Numbered from the stretch's first letter, positions 1 to 13,595 are shown. The stretch is 64,000 bases of DNA from Eledone cirrhosa (GCA_964016885.1 OZ024742.1:199764001-199828000); one strand, 5' to 3'. Program-made: numbers and translations. The notes: generated from the sequence alone by a model not told the origin.

Positions 1-270
1 GACAGCCATCCTTATATATCTGACCAAGAATGCCTTTGTGAAAATCAGTCATGTGGAACTATTGTCATCTTGCCTGACGGTTTGAACCTTACAGAACCAC
101 CTGTCTCTTTGAGGTCAAATACCAACCTACTACCATCTACAAACTGACCAATGAGAATCAAGACTATTCCTGCTGACAACATCAAAATATTCCTAACAAG
201 CTCATATGTCCAAAAGCTCTGATACCATCAACACTATACACACAGAACTGCCATATCTAAGAACTGACTA

Positions 271-326
271 ACTGCCTGATGAGGTCATAGCCATTCAATG
301 GCTATCATCGAAATATATATAGCAGT
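271..326 (+). ncRNA. Type-I hammerhead ribozyme motif (family A) at the 3' end of a PLE-like terminal repeat
   Basis: ACTGC-CTGATGA-GGTCATAGCCAT/ATGGCTATCATC-GAAA-TATATA-TA-GCAGT. Stem I ACTGC/GCAGT, intact core, palindromic helix III. (TA)n starts ~35 nt downstream. Confidence 0.85.
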
Positions 327-360
327 AAATGAGTTCATGCAATTGACTTATGTTTCGTCG

Positions 361-426
<66 letters not shown>

Positions 427-1009
427 ATGTATATATATAAACACACACATATATATGAATTACGTATCTATAACGCGCTTGAGAGACAAAGAGAAAGAAA
501 GGGGGGAAAGAAAGAGAGTGAGAGAAAGAAAGAGAGAGCGGGAAAGAGAGTGACAGAGAGAGAGAGAGAGAGAGAGTGAGTGAGAGAAAGAGTGAGCGAG
601 AGAAAGAGGGAAAGGGAGGGAGAGAGAGAGTGAGAGAAGTAAAGAGAGTGAACACTAAATCTTTGAACGTTATCAAATTTCCTTTGAGAAAGATTTCAAG
701 ACACGGTTTATAATAATTTATAATTTCAACAGGAGAAACTAGCTTATATGACAAATGTCCTCCCTGTAACTCAATACTGAAGAATTACCAGTAAAAGTTC
801 AAACCATGAAATAATGTAAAATATAAATAAAAAGTGAAAGAAAGAAAGGAAAAATAATATTAACAAAATCTAAATGAAAACACAAACATAAAAATATCAC
901 AAACATTTAAATTGAAATAACCTTTTTAATCCGTTTTCTGGAGGGTGGTCGTATTCTCGTGTCTTTGAGACGAGAAAATTGATTTCACGAATGCCTTTAT
1001 CAATAGGCT

Positions 1010-1230
1010 AATAATGGTTCCTTATATAGGCACAAGGTCAGCAATTTTGGGGGAGGGGGGAAAGTCGATTAAATCGACACCATTGCGTGACTGGTGCTTT
1101 ATTTTACCCACCCCGTAAAGATGAAAGGCAAAGTTAACCTCGGTGGGATTTGAACTCAGACTGTAAAGGGCCGTAACTCTATACCGCGAAGCAGAGTGTC
1201 CGACGCTCTACCGATTCTGCCAATCCACTG
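1010..1230 (-). mobile_element. tRNA-derived SINE (main family, Meta-like central domain)
   Basis: Reverse complement of the repeat TGGCAG(T/A)ATCGGTAGAG..GAGTTCAAATCCC..GCCTTTCATC..AAGYACCAG..CCTTGTGCC, with A/B-box-like motifs; seen ~14 times in the window. Confidence 0.85.
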
Positions 1231-1245
1231 GTAAATAATATTGTC

Positions 1246-1400
1246 AGGCGGCTAATTGACAGAGGTGTTAGGGCGTCGGATAGAATGCCTTGTGGTATTC
1301 GTTCCGGCTCTCTACGTTCTAGGTTCAAATGCCTCCGAGCTCAACTTTGATTTTCATCCTTTTTTCGAAGTCTACAAATAAAGTACAGTTCAATACTGGG
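1246..1400 (+). mobile_element. Diverged tRNA-derived SINE copy
   Basis: GGCGG..GGTTCAAAT..CAACTTTGATTTTCATCC..AATAAAGTAC, similar to the main SINE. Confidence 0.6.
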
Positions 1401-2102
1401 TTCTATCCTTTCTTTACTCCCACCTCTCTCTCTCTCACTCTCTTCCTCTGTCCCCACCCCCTCTCTCTCCTCTCACTCATTCTTCTTTCTCTTTCTCTGA
1501 AAGAAATCGGCTGGGTTCAGACCTGGAGAGGAATGGACTCCACCTGATTTAAATGACTTAAATGCTGTACATCACTCAGGGCGTCCCTACGATTCCCTCG
1601 GAAGTTAAGTACCCATGACATGGCATGACAATAAGATAACAGAAATGTCATTTTGATCATTAATAAAAAAGAAACACACCCAAACTATTATATTAACTTC
1701 TCGTTATTTCGTGATGGCAAAATTTTCACCGAACAATTGATTGCAGTGGAATTGTATCACAAAAAGTGCAACGAAACATTTCACTTGTTTAGCTAGTGAC
1801 TTAATTCGAGACGGCGTTTTCAAACTGAAGCAATTAATTACATCGGGGGAAGAGTAATTTTTTTGTGTGAAAAAAAAAAAAAAATGACACAAAAATTGTT
1901 AAATTCATTTTTGATTTATCATTTATTTCGTGGTGTCAATTTTTTCTTTGCACCCTTTGTGAACTGGTTCCTGACACAATTCCACTACAAATCTGCGAGA
2001 ATAAAAACACCACGAAATAAATATGATACATGTAAAGTGAATATAGTCAATTTTATGTGTGTTTTGAACGGCTTATATGATGCTTCCACAATATTTAATT
2101 TT

Positions 2103-2395
2103 AACACATGGTCTCAGATCAAGTCACATCTCGTACAAGTACGACTGTGGATAAAATGATTCTTCCACGCTCTAATTGTATTAGTTTCAACACACGGTCT
2201 CAAATCAAGTCATATCTCGCGCAAGTGCAACTGTGGCTCAAATGATTCTTCCATGCTGTAATTGTATTAGTTTCAACACGGTCTCAGATCAAGTAATTTG
2301 CTGGAAAAGTACGACTGTGGATAAAATGATTCTACCGCGCTGTAATTGTATTAGTTTCAACACATGATCTAAGATCAAGTTACATTCTCAGACAT
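2103..2395. repeat. Minisatellite, ~86-bp unit, ~3.5 copies
   Basis: AACAC..GGTCTCAGATCAAGT..GACTGTGGATAAAATGATTC..TAATTGTATTAGTTTC recurs at ~2103, 2189, 2275 and 2359. Confidence 0.85.
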
Positions 2396-2886
2396 GTGTT
2401 ACTTAAAAATCTACCAACATGAATAGTAATAAATGTTATTTCATACAAATGGACGGCCGTCAGTTTTCGAAAGAAGAAATTATCTTCTGTCGGTTTCAAA
2501 GACGGGTGTTCTACGCATTATATCATCAGAAGAGCCTGGCCATGAAATTAACGTGCAAGTGGCTGAGCAGTCAAGAGACACGTGTACTCAGACGTGATTT
2601 TTTGGAATTTAAGTATGACACAGTGACAAGATTGAGTCCACTACACAAACAGAGCCACACACACGCATACACACACACATATATGCATACCCCCTCCCAC
2701 ACACACATACACACACACACACATATATATATATTCATTATATTAAGGCTAAATAGCGGGTCTTGTTCCTCTGGAGTTTCATCTAGCAGGTGAAACTCCA
2801 GATTGACAATTTAGTTTTAGTAAAATGGATATTTAAATTCTACTTCGGTATTGAGTACTGTTTTCTCTAGGCCATCAACTACTTAT

Positions 2887-2973
<87 letters not shown>

Positions 2974-2993
2974 GAGAAGCAATATATATATAT

Positions 2994-3030
<37 letters not shown>

Positions 3031-3033
<3 letters not shown>

Positions 3034-3513
3034 TGGTAAACGGAATAGAAAATGCTGACAAATTGTTCACAGTTGAAAAATGGTTTAATTAGGAATAAAA
3101 GAGTATTAGTGATTGTATGGGTTAGTATTCAGTTGTGGTTTTAAGTTTTAAAGTTTTTACCGGTTGCGCATTTCTAAATGCTTTTCAAAAATAATTTTGA
3201 GATAGAGTGTCCGTGCTGTTTGCTCTGATCTGATTAGTTTTGGGAATTCTACCTGTTTTTATGTTAAAAAAATGGCTCCAGCGTTATTTTTGTGTTGCAA
3301 AAATGCTTGTGGTCAAAACAATTTTGATTGGTCGGTAGAGGTCATGTGAATGTAAAAAGTTGATTTTGCGCCAAGACTGTTTTTATGTTAAAATGTTAGA
3401 AAAGTGGCTCCAGCAAAAATTATTGGTCAAAACAATTTTGATTGGTCGGTAGAGGTCATGTGGATAAAAAATTGGTTTTGCGCCAAGATTGAGAAATGAC
3501 TCTTTCACAACAA

Positions 3514-3571
<58 letters not shown>

Positions 3572-4069
3572 TAGTAGTAGTAAGGTGTTCGATGCTGCGA
3601 CAATAGTGCATATATATGTATGCATATATGTATATATATATATATATATGTAGTGAAAATATATATGTGTGTGTGTGTGTGTATATATATATAGTGAATA
3701 TCATTTCACACCTTTTATTGTTAAGATTGTTGATGTTCTATTAAGAGAACCGATTTTACTGAAAAAATCGAATAATGTACACCATTTTACCAGGGGGAAA
3801 AAAAATACTGGTCCACCCACACACACACACACACACATATATACACAAACACATACACACGCGTACATCAACATACAAAGAGACTTATACACACACACAC
3901 ACACACACGCACTTCTCCGTATAAGACAAAAGCTGAAAAATATCTTTTGACCTTCGAATGACTCTGCTGTGTGTATGTACGCACACACACACACACACTT
4001 ATCTTAATAGCCATTTGACACACATCGCTAGTGGCTATTGTCGCAGCATCGAACACCTTACTACTACTA

Positions 4070-4149
<80 letters not shown>

Positions 4150-4665
4150 TTGTTGTGAAAGAGTCATTTCTCAATCTTGGCGCAAAACCAATTTTTTATC
4201 CACATGACCTCTACCGACCAATCAAAATTGTTTTGACCAATAATTTTTGCTGGAGCCACTTTTCTAACATTTTAACATAAAAACAGTCTTGGCGCAAAAT
4301 CAACTTTTTACATTCACATGACCTCTACCGACCAATCAAAATTGTTTTGACCACAAGCATTTTTGCAACACAAAAATAACGCTGGAGCCATTTTTTTAAC
4401 ATAAAAACAGGTAGAATTCCCAAAACTAATCAGATCAGAGCAAACAGCACGGACACTCTATCTCAAAATTATTTTTGAAAAGCATTTAGAAATGCGCAAC
4501 CGGTAAAAACTTAAAAACTTAAAACCACAACTGAATACTAACCCATACAATCACTAATACTCTTTTATTCCTAATTAAACCATTTTTCAACTGTGAACAA
4601 TTTGTCAGCATTTTCTATTCCGTTTACCAATATATAATAACTTGTGTGTTACACCACTATTCTTT

Positions 4666-4670
<5 letters not shown>
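3031..4670. mobile_element. Fold-back PLE terminal-repeat element (family C) between (TA)n arrays
   Basis: 3031-3606 is the reverse complement of 4035-4631. HHR-like motifs at 3154-3191 (-) and 4472-4509 (+). Same family as 9646-12796, which carries GIY-YIG coding sequence. Confidence 0.85.
4472..4509 (+). ncRNA. Atypical minimal hammerhead-like motif (family C: UUGAAAA..GCAA)
   Basis: TTT-TTGAAAA-GCATT/AATGC-GCAA-CCGG-TA-AAA. Other copies: 3154-3191(-), 9758-9794(-), 12610-12646(+), 58349-58386(-), 58461-58498(+). Confidence 0.55.
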
Positions 4671-4735
<65 letters not shown>

Positions 4736-4763
4736 GCCTAACGTAGAAACAATTATTACACAA

Positions 4764-5747
4764 TCTCTATATATAAAACTGTGGTTGTCTGTCTGTCTAT
4801 CGATTTTTGGCACACATCGCCTCTTAGAATCTCTCACGGAATTGCACCGAAATTACTATACTTGTACATTCAGCCCTAGCGAAGACATCGGAAAAAAAAT
4901 ATTTCAAATTGACCCACCCTATGTGACGAAATCGAATATAATGTATCGATTTTTGAGCGTAAGTTATCAGTTATTTCCCTTTGTTCTGTTTACATTGAGC
5001 GTCTTACGTAAAACTTACGCTGGCTTTCTCAGCGTTTAAAATGACATTAACACAATACACGAACAGTTGTTGAGCCAGCAAAATATTGACCTGCAAAATT
5101 CATCAGTTCGAACACTAAGCTTCCGTTTTGCTTCATTTCCATTTAAAAGCATTTTAAAACAATATTTTTACTTGAAAACAAGTCTATTTAAAGACTACGT
5201 AAAACAAGCAAATATTTCGTCGTTAGGCGTGCAGACAGACAGTCGTGCAGACAGACAGTCGTGCAGAGAGGTGATATACGCGTGCAGACAGACAGTCGTG
5301 CAGAGAGGTGATATAGGCGTGCAGACAGACAGTCGTGCAGAGAGGTGATATAGGCGTGCAGACAGACAGTCGTGCAGAGAGGTGATATAGGCGTGCAGAC
5401 AGACAGTCGTGCAGAGAGGTGATATAGGCGTGCAGACAGACATAACTGATAATTTGGTTACGCTAATGTTTTTCTCTGCGTTGCAGTGTTTACATTTTCG
5501 ATCTTTGTTAATAAATAACCAGTGCAGTTTCTATCCCCAGCATCCTCTTTTGTTATAACATTCGGGTTATCGTTATGTTTTCTTAACTTCATAAGGCATA
5601 TTGTTGGTTGAGGGAATATTAATCAAAAACACCACATGCAAGTCTGCACAGTAGACACTACAGTTTTTAAGCCAATAAAGAAACTTAACATTGTAACTTT
5701 AACACAGCTACTGAGCGACCCTGAGCAACGCCGGGCTTTACTGCTAG
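4764..5747 (+). mobile_element. Non-autonomous Helitron
   Basis: 5' TCTCTATATATAAAA. 3' GC-rich hairpin CCCTGAGCAACGCCGGG followed by CTAG. Inserted between A and T with no TSD. Confidence 0.75.
5226..5441. repeat. 37-bp minisatellite inside the Helitron
   Basis: GGCGTGCAGACAGACAGTCGTGCAGAGAGGTGATATA at 5316, 5353 and 5390, with a partial unit at 5427 and variant units upstream. Confidence 0.95.
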
Positions 5748-6401
5748 TACAATATATTTTTACTTTATATCACCTTGAAAAAATCCTTCGTAAACATAAA
5801 CATTTTTTTGACGCTAGATTATTCATCCTCAATTCATTATTTTTTTCTCCCTTTCATGCTCATCTAACCTATTCATCCAATCTTCTACTTCTTTCACAAT
5901 ATATCCTTACTTATTGTTATATTTTTATATTTTTTAATAATACATATCAACAATTTCTTTCCATCGCACATATTATTAAACCCTTAAATATTATTCTTAA
6001 TACATATTAACAATTTCTTTTCATCGCACATATTATTAAACCCTTCAATATACAAACCTTAACTTAACATTATTTTTCTCTTCGTTAATTTTCAAATTCT
6101 TTTAATTTATACTTTATCTTCCAACGGTTTTTCAACCTCTCTATGTAAAACAATATATTTTTTCTCAGTTATACAAGCTATGTCTCTCTCTCTATATATC
6201 ACCCATCTCTCCTCCTATCTCATCCTTCCTCATTATACTCCTCTCCCTCCACTTTTTACTCTCATCTCCTTCTCTTTTTCACCCCCCCCCCCTCAAAAAT
6301 TTGTTTCCCAATATCACACATCAAACTAAAACAACTTTTCATATGTTGATTTAAAACTGCACTATTCACAAGTGTGTTTTAACCTTCATATCATGTCTCC
6401 C

Positions 6402-6472
6402 TATTTTATCTGACGAAAACGCAAATGTTATTGCATGATGATATTTGTTTTTGAAATGCGCATAATAAAATA
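6402..6472 (+). ncRNA. Type-I hammerhead ribozyme motif (family B)
   Basis: TATTTTAT-CTGACGA-long stem II-GAAA-TGCGCA-TA-ATAAAATA. 8-bp stem I, palindromic helix III. Near-identical copies at 57806-57876(-) and 57992-58062(+). Confidence 0.85.
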
Positions 6473-6592
6473 CATGGAACTCTTTTAACCATCTTTTGAT
6501 CTTATATATTATTTATACTCCATCCTACAAACTGTAGAGTGCTTCTTATCCGATATCTGCATTGTTTTATTGTACTACAATAAAACTCACCT

Positions 6593-6647
<55 letters not shown>

Positions 6648-6648
<1 letters not shown>

Positions 6649-7248
6649 TAGCAGTGGTACCCGATGTTGCACGGCATAAGGTATTTTGGAACGCGGGCCG
6701 CTAACAGACCTAATCGTGGAAAACTGCATGCCTGGACAATATGTAAAGAAAATAAACCGAATACTCTGATGGCTGGATAATCTTGAAGATTTTCCTCGAT
6801 GAAGCAGGAAAAATGCAGGTTTTCAAGAAAATGAATTTTTTTATGTGCATAATATGCCTTGAAATTTCGGGAAAAATCGGCTAGACGTAACGTCTCAAAA
6901 AAACCCTAAAAAGCTGAAAAAATGAAGTTTTTCACCTAATGCGGACCCTAGGCCACAAGAAAGTTGGATTTTCTTTGCTCACGGTATGAAGAAGAGACTG
7001 AATAATACATAGTTACAATTTCAAGGAAATTGTTCTGACGTAACGCCTCAAAAACCCCCGAAAAGCTGAAAAAACCCGCAGTTTTTCACCTAATGTGGGC
7101 CCTAGGAGATCAAAAAGTTGAATTTATGTGCATAACACTCCCTGAAACATAAGTAATACACATGTAAAGTTTGAAAAAAAATCGGTTGGGAACTTCTCGA
7201 GTTTTAGGGATTTAAACTCAGACACATCCTCACTTTTATATATATAGA
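6648..7248 (-). mobile_element. Non-autonomous Helitron (second family)
   Basis: Minus strand starts TCTATATATATAAAAGTG and ends CCGTGCAACATCGGG-TACCACTG-CTAG|T. Confidence 0.7.
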
Positions 7249-7919
7249 TATATATATCTTCATTGTACTGTGTCGTTTGCTTTGTTATTTTTATTTTCCT
7301 TTTGTATATATATATATATATGCGTACATTCACGCATACTTACATACATACACACATGCATACATATATCTTTATGACTATATGAAAACTTGTATATAGC
7401 AAGTTTTTTTTCGTACATATCTACATAGCGTTTCGTTGGCGTTTTGTTTATGTTGTAATATTAAGACACCAATCAATCTGTTTTGCCCAATCAAACCGAA
7501 CCGAGCCGAATCAAATCCATTTAAAAACGACAGTAAAGTATAGTGAAATAAATAGTTAAATAAATAACCAATAAAGATGGAAAGATAACAGGTAGAAAGA
7601 CAGGCCAGAATGGTTGAAATGAGAAGAAGAGGAAAATACTGTCAATGGAGAGGACAATGACAAATAAAGCATCATTAGTGTCATGTAATTACACATAGCT
7701 TGCACTTATTTCCTAACTTTTCTTCTTACCTCAGCTATTTTGATCAGATGACATACTAACGATATTACAAACCGAGACATATATCCATACAGATACATAA
7801 GTACAGACATGCACACATATACATACACATACACGTACACACAAACACGCACATATATACACACACATAGATATACACATAAAGACATGCACACGCATAC
7901 ATGCACACACACAGAGACT

Positions 7920-7966
<47 letters not shown>

Positions 7967-8077
7967 ATATAAATGATTAGGCTTTTATGCTCTTTATTTC
8001 AACTAATGACAGGGGGCAACAAACGTTTCTTATGCAATGAACATAACGACCTTATATGGGAGCAAACAATGATGACG

Positions 8078-8305
8078 ATAATAATTGTTTCTACTTTAGG
8101 CACAAGGCCAGCAATTTTTTTAAAGGTAGAGGAAAGTCGATTAAATCGACCCCAAAGCATTACTGGTACTTTATTTTATCGACCCCGTAAGGATGAAAGG
8201 TAAAGCTAAATTTGGCGGGATTTGAACTCAGTATATAAAGGGATGTAACTCCATGCTGCAAAGCATGTTGCCCGACGCTCTACCGATACTGTCAATCCAC
8301 CGCCC
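8078..8305 (-). mobile_element. tRNA-derived SINE
   Basis: Full-length match to the main SINE family. Confidence 0.9.
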
Positions 8306-8308
8306 TAA

Positions 8309-9318
8309 CAATAATGATAATTGTTTCATTTATTGGCGACAAAGGCCTACATATAGGGGGCAATACAATAAACGGAGACAGCGGGGTTTTACACAAAAAT
8401 CGAGTAAAAATATAAAGACAATAATAATAAACAAGAAAAATACAAAGAGATCCCCAATAGGGGGGATAATCACCCAGGGTCGACTCAGGTATCCCACCAA
8501 TCCTGAACCACCCGATCTTCATTATGGGCTCAATCGATAGCCGGATCCGTTCTATACGCGACAACAGCTGTTCGACATCATTCCACAAGTAAGCAATGCA
8601 CAGACACTGGTAAGCAATGCAGAACGGTTTCGTCGCTGTCCATCTGACAGCACTTCCATGCCTGTGGAATTTATCCCGAACCGGCGCTCCAATTTGGCGA
8701 GGGTGAATGCCGCAAGGTACGACAGTCAGGCGGTAATACATGACGGATGCGATGAACAATTTCATCATCTCCACCCAATCTTTCAGGGATAGCTTTCTCT
8801 CGACCCATTTCTGTGTGAGAGTGGCCACCCTGCTCGTTACTTCGTCCCGGTTCATATCCACCTGGATCTAGTCCAAACCAGACTCCGAACTTCTCCAGTC
8901 CGTTCGTCCAACGCTCGACGACACTGTTCCATGTACCGAGCTGCAAACCTACCAATTTTTTCGGGTTGATCTTTTCTCCCGTCAACCTTCATGTTCTAAG
9001 AAGTTGCCGACCACCTCGATTTCCGAGGTGTTCAACACCATTTCAGTAACGTAGTCTGCATAAGCCGACGCAACTCTTTCACGCCCCGGTTGAAGCGGGG
9101 ATCCCTGAAACAGCGCCAGCTTCCACAGTAATGGCTCAAGAGCCAGTACGTATAGAAAGAAGATAGGACATCCTTGTCAGACCGAGCGCGTGACCTAGAA
9201 CGCTTTCGATAGGTGGCCGTTGACTTTGACCAGCGAGCAGATGCCACTGTGCATTGCAGTGATCCACTCTCTGACGACGGGATCGAAGTCGGCTGCCTTG
9301 AGGGCAGCCTCCAGGTAA
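8309..9318 (-). mobile_element. 5'-truncated, decayed Tx1-like LINE copy
   Basis: Peptides VGLQLGTW, GVWFG, VTSRVATLTQKWVERKLSLK and YRLTVVPC match ORF2 at 40244-40954. 3' end AATAAATGAAACAATTATCATTATT. Confidence 0.85.
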
Positions 9319-9333
9319 CACTATCTCTATCTC

Positions 9334-9446
<113 letters not shown>

Positions 9447-9552
9447 AGATCCCGTTAAGGGTGAAAGCAGCGATTCTTTGCTTAAACTTTAATCTGTACT
9501 TATAATAAATATTTGCTCTCTACGGGTTTTTATATATATGTATATTATATAC

Positions 9553-9645
<93 letters not shown>

Positions 9646-9650
<5 letters not shown>

Positions 9651-10177
9651 TAAAAGGAAAAGAAAATGCTGACAAATTGTTCCCAGCGAAATAGTTTAAT
9701 TAGGAATAAGTAAAAATTAGTAATCAGTTTTGGTTAGTATTCAGTTTTGGTTTTAAGTTTTTACCGGTTGCGCATTTCTAATGCTTTTCAAAAATAATTT
9801 TGAGATAGAGCGCTCGTGATGTTTGCTCTAATCTGATTAGTTTTGGAAATTCTACCTGTTTTATGTGAAAAAAGTGGCTCCAGATGTATTAAAATAAGTT
9901 TCGCGCCAATTCCTGTTGCAAAAATTCTTGTGGTCAAAACAATTTTGATTGGTCGGTAGAGGTCATGTGAATGTTAAAAATTGATTTTGCGCCAAATGTA
10001 GGTTTGTCTCGGCTGATTGAGAAGTCACTGAAAAATAATTCTTTAAAGACAAATATGTGTGTGTGTGTAGTAGTAGTAGTAGTAGTAAAGAGGTTCATTG
10101 TTGTGATAATGGTCAGTAGGGATGTGTGTGTGAATTGCAGTTTGTTGACAGGTCAACAGTTCAGGTGCCTATTAAGA

Positions 10178-10224
<47 letters not shown>

Positions 10225-12108
10225 CAGAGTAATTCGTGGTTGAGGGATCGGTCAGTAGGAATGTGTCTGTACGTGTGTGGGGGATATTTTAACCTGTTAA
10301 AATATATTTTTCAGCTCTTGTCTTATACGGAGAAGTGTGTGTGTGTGTGTGTGTATATGTCTCTTTGTATGTTAGTCTACGCGTGTGTATGTGTGTGTGT
10401 ATATATATGTGTGTGTGTGTGTATATGTGTGTATGTGTGTGTGTGTGTGTGGGTGGACCAGTATTTTTGTGATACTGGTAAAAATGGTGTACATTATTCG
10501 ATATTTTCAGTAAAAACGATTCTCTCCCAATAGAACATCAAAAACCTTAATAATAAAAGGTGTGAAATAATATATAGTATTGTCATAACACCAAGGTGTG
10601 TGTGAGTGTCCAGATTATACGTACTGCAAGGGGAATCCATTAGGCCCTGCCGTATTGGAATACTTGTGTACAAATATGTATGTGCCCATCAGTGTGCAAT
10701 GCATGTGTGCGTATATGTATGTATGTGTGTCGGCACGTTTATATCTATAGACATCAAAAGGTATGCAAATTTGTGTATATTTGTGTTGCACCATAGAACA
10801 TGTGTGTTTACGTATGTCATTGTGTTTATATGTGGATAGAGATGTATGTAGGATGTATGCTGATGTAGGTATGTATGTTGACGTGTTGATGTTGTGGGTT
10901 CGTCTTAGGGAGAAGTGTTTAGACGGGGTCCGTATTTGTTAATAAAGTGAGATTCCTTGCTGATGCGCTGGGTGTGAGTGGCATTATCTTCAAATTTGTA
11001 GAGGGGAAAGATTCTGAAGTTGGGATGATTTGGGGAGGCACAGGTATCAATGTGTTCACTCAGTGGTATTTTCCTGTATTCCCGTATTTTAATTTGGGAT
11101 CTATGGACAGTCATGCGTTGGCTGAGGCTGTTTTTGGTCTGGCCAATGTATTGTTCTCGACAATCTGAGCAAGTTAATACATATATTAGATTTTCTGATG
11201 CACATGTGAAATTGTGTTTTACTATAAAACGTTGTCCTTCTTTGAAATAGAATTCCGAACCCTCTATTAGGTTGATGCAGATGCCATAGTTGGGTCTATC
11301 GCATTTTTTTTACTGTGGGTTTCGTTGTTGTGGTTGGCAGTACTTTGGCATGTGTTAGGATGTTTTTCATTGACTTAGATTGTCTTTTGCTCTTTATGAT
11401 ATCGTGTGTTCGTAGGATTTGGTGCATTCTATGGTCCTTTTTTAACACAGGGATGTTCTGGAGGATGGTGTCAAAGGCCTCATTGTTGAGGGGGTTGTGT
11501 GTGGAGATGTATGGAAGAGCTTTTAGTTTCGGTTGATTTACTTTAGGGTGTCTAAGGTCCTGGGTACTGAGTTTTAGGGCACGTTGGATTCCATTGTCAG
11601 TACCCATGACCTTAGACACCCTAAAGTAAATCAACCGAAACTAAAAGCTCTTCCATACATCTCCACACACAACCCCCTCAACAATGAGGCCTTTGACACC
11701 ATCCTCCAGAACATCCCTGTGTACAATCTGGACACTCACACACACCTTGGTGTTATGACAATACTATATATCATTTCACACCTTTTATTATTAAGGTTTT
11801 TGATGTTCTATGGAGAGAATCGTTTTTACTGAAAATATCGAATAATGTACACCATTTTTACCAGTATCACAAAAATACTGGTCCACCCACACACACACAC
11901 ATACACACATACACACACACACACATATATATATATACACACACACACACGCGTACACTAACATACAAAGAGACATATATACACACACACACTTACACAC
12001 ACACACTTCTCCATATAAGACAATAGCTGAAAAATATCTATTAACAGGTTAAAATATCCCCCACACACGTACAGACACATTCCTACTGACCATTATCTGC
12101 TACACACA

Positions 12109-12187
<79 letters not shown>

Positions 12188-12192
12188 GCACG

Positions 12193-12223
<31 letters not shown>

Positions 12224-12793
12224 TTGTCTTAATAGGCACATGAACTGTTGACCTGTCAACAAACTGCAATTCACACACACATCCCTACTGACCATTATCA
12301 CAAGAATGAACCTCTTTACTACTACTACTACCCACACACACACACACATATTTGTCTTAAAAGACTTATTTTTCAGTGACTTCTCAATCAGCCGAGACAA
12401 ACCTACACTTGGCGCACAATCAAATTTTAACATTCACATGACCTCTACCGACCAATCAAAATTGTTTTGACCACAAGAATTTTTGCAACAGGAATTGGCG
12501 CGAAACTTATTTTAATACATCTGGAGCCACTTTTTTCACATAAAACAGGTAGAATTTCCAAAACTAATCAGATTAGAGCAAACATCACGAGCGCTCTATC
12601 TCAAAATTATTTTTGAAAAGCATTAGAAATGCGCAACCGGTAAAAACTTAAAACCAAAACTGTATACTAACCAATACTTATTACTAATTTTTACTTATTC
12701 CTAATTAAACTATTTTCACTGGGAACAATTTGTCAGCATTTTCTTCTCCTTTTACCAATATATCATAACTCGTGTGTTACACCTCTATTCTTT

Positions 12794-12796
<3 letters not shown>
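9646..12796. mobile_element. Penelope-like element fragment with ~1-kb inverted terminal repeats (family C)
   Basis: 9646-10620 is the reverse complement of 11720-12762 with scattered differences. Internal GIY-YIG fragment. Second small inversion ~11450-11570/11605-11720. Flanked by (TA)n. Confidence 0.85.
10905..11590 (-). pseudogene. PLE C-terminal GIY-YIG endonuclease fragment with Cys-rich linker (Neptune-like)
   Basis: LPYISTHNP..KSKRQ..VKK, then after a frameshift GICINL..FTCASENLIYVLTCSDCREQYIGQTKNSLSQRMTVHRSQI. Confidence 0.85.
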
Positions 12797-12886
<90 letters not shown>

Positions 12887-12984
12887 GTATGTATATATAT
12901 ATGTATATATATGTATATACAATCATTATCAAGCGCTCTTCGGATTTTAGTCTTCAAATTTATTATTACTATATATATATATAT

Positions 12985-13108
12985 CTCGCTGTCGAAACGG
13001 CCGGAGCTCGGCCGTCGGGGTCCTGACTCTTTTCCTATTACCCACTCTATTACCCTAAATATCGAGTACTCTGGTGCATTATGGTCCACATGGTATCTTA
13101 CCACACCT
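12985..13108 (+). mobile_element. Short PLE-like 3'-end fragment (family O) carrying the 3' half of a hammerhead
   Basis: GTC-GAAA-CGGC-CGGAGCTCG-GCCG-TC-GGGG followed by a ~85-nt tail. Related copies at 13780-13897, 50660-50765, 60053-60243 and 62505-62830. Confidence 0.65.
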
Positions 13109-13144
13109 TCTCTCTCTCTCTCTCTCTCGCTCTCTCGCTCTCTC

Positions 13145-13233
<89 letters not shown>

Positions 13234-13595
13234 CCAGGGAGTGTAACGTGAAGTTTCTGTAGGTTCACCCAGGTGAGCACTCAATGCGTAGTTTCCAGTA
13301 ATTATAGAGGTGAAGTACTAAACTGAGTGTAATTCTAATAATAAAAAGGACGATTTGTTAGGTCTTCATTAGATTTATTGAGTAATGACGTGCGTTTCGC
13401 TATTGATTAGCTCAAGGTTAGATATGTATCAATAGCGAAATGCGCGTCCCTACTTAATAAACGTAATCATCCTTATTATATTTAGCGTATATGTATATAT
13501 ATATATATATAGTGGTAGAACACTGGAAGGTGATATCCGTAGTGGTAGAGTACTCAGTCCATGGGACGAGTTAGGTAGAAGTGGTTACACAACAA

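Noticed and set aside
5226-5441. 37-bp repeats as a CRISPR array
   Set aside because: Units are head-to-tail with no unique spacers, there are no cas genes, and the context is eukaryotic.
7418-7480. Minus-strand hammerhead-like hairpin before GAAACGCTATGTA
   Set aside because: Stem II is present but there is no valid CUGANGA/UUGANAA box.
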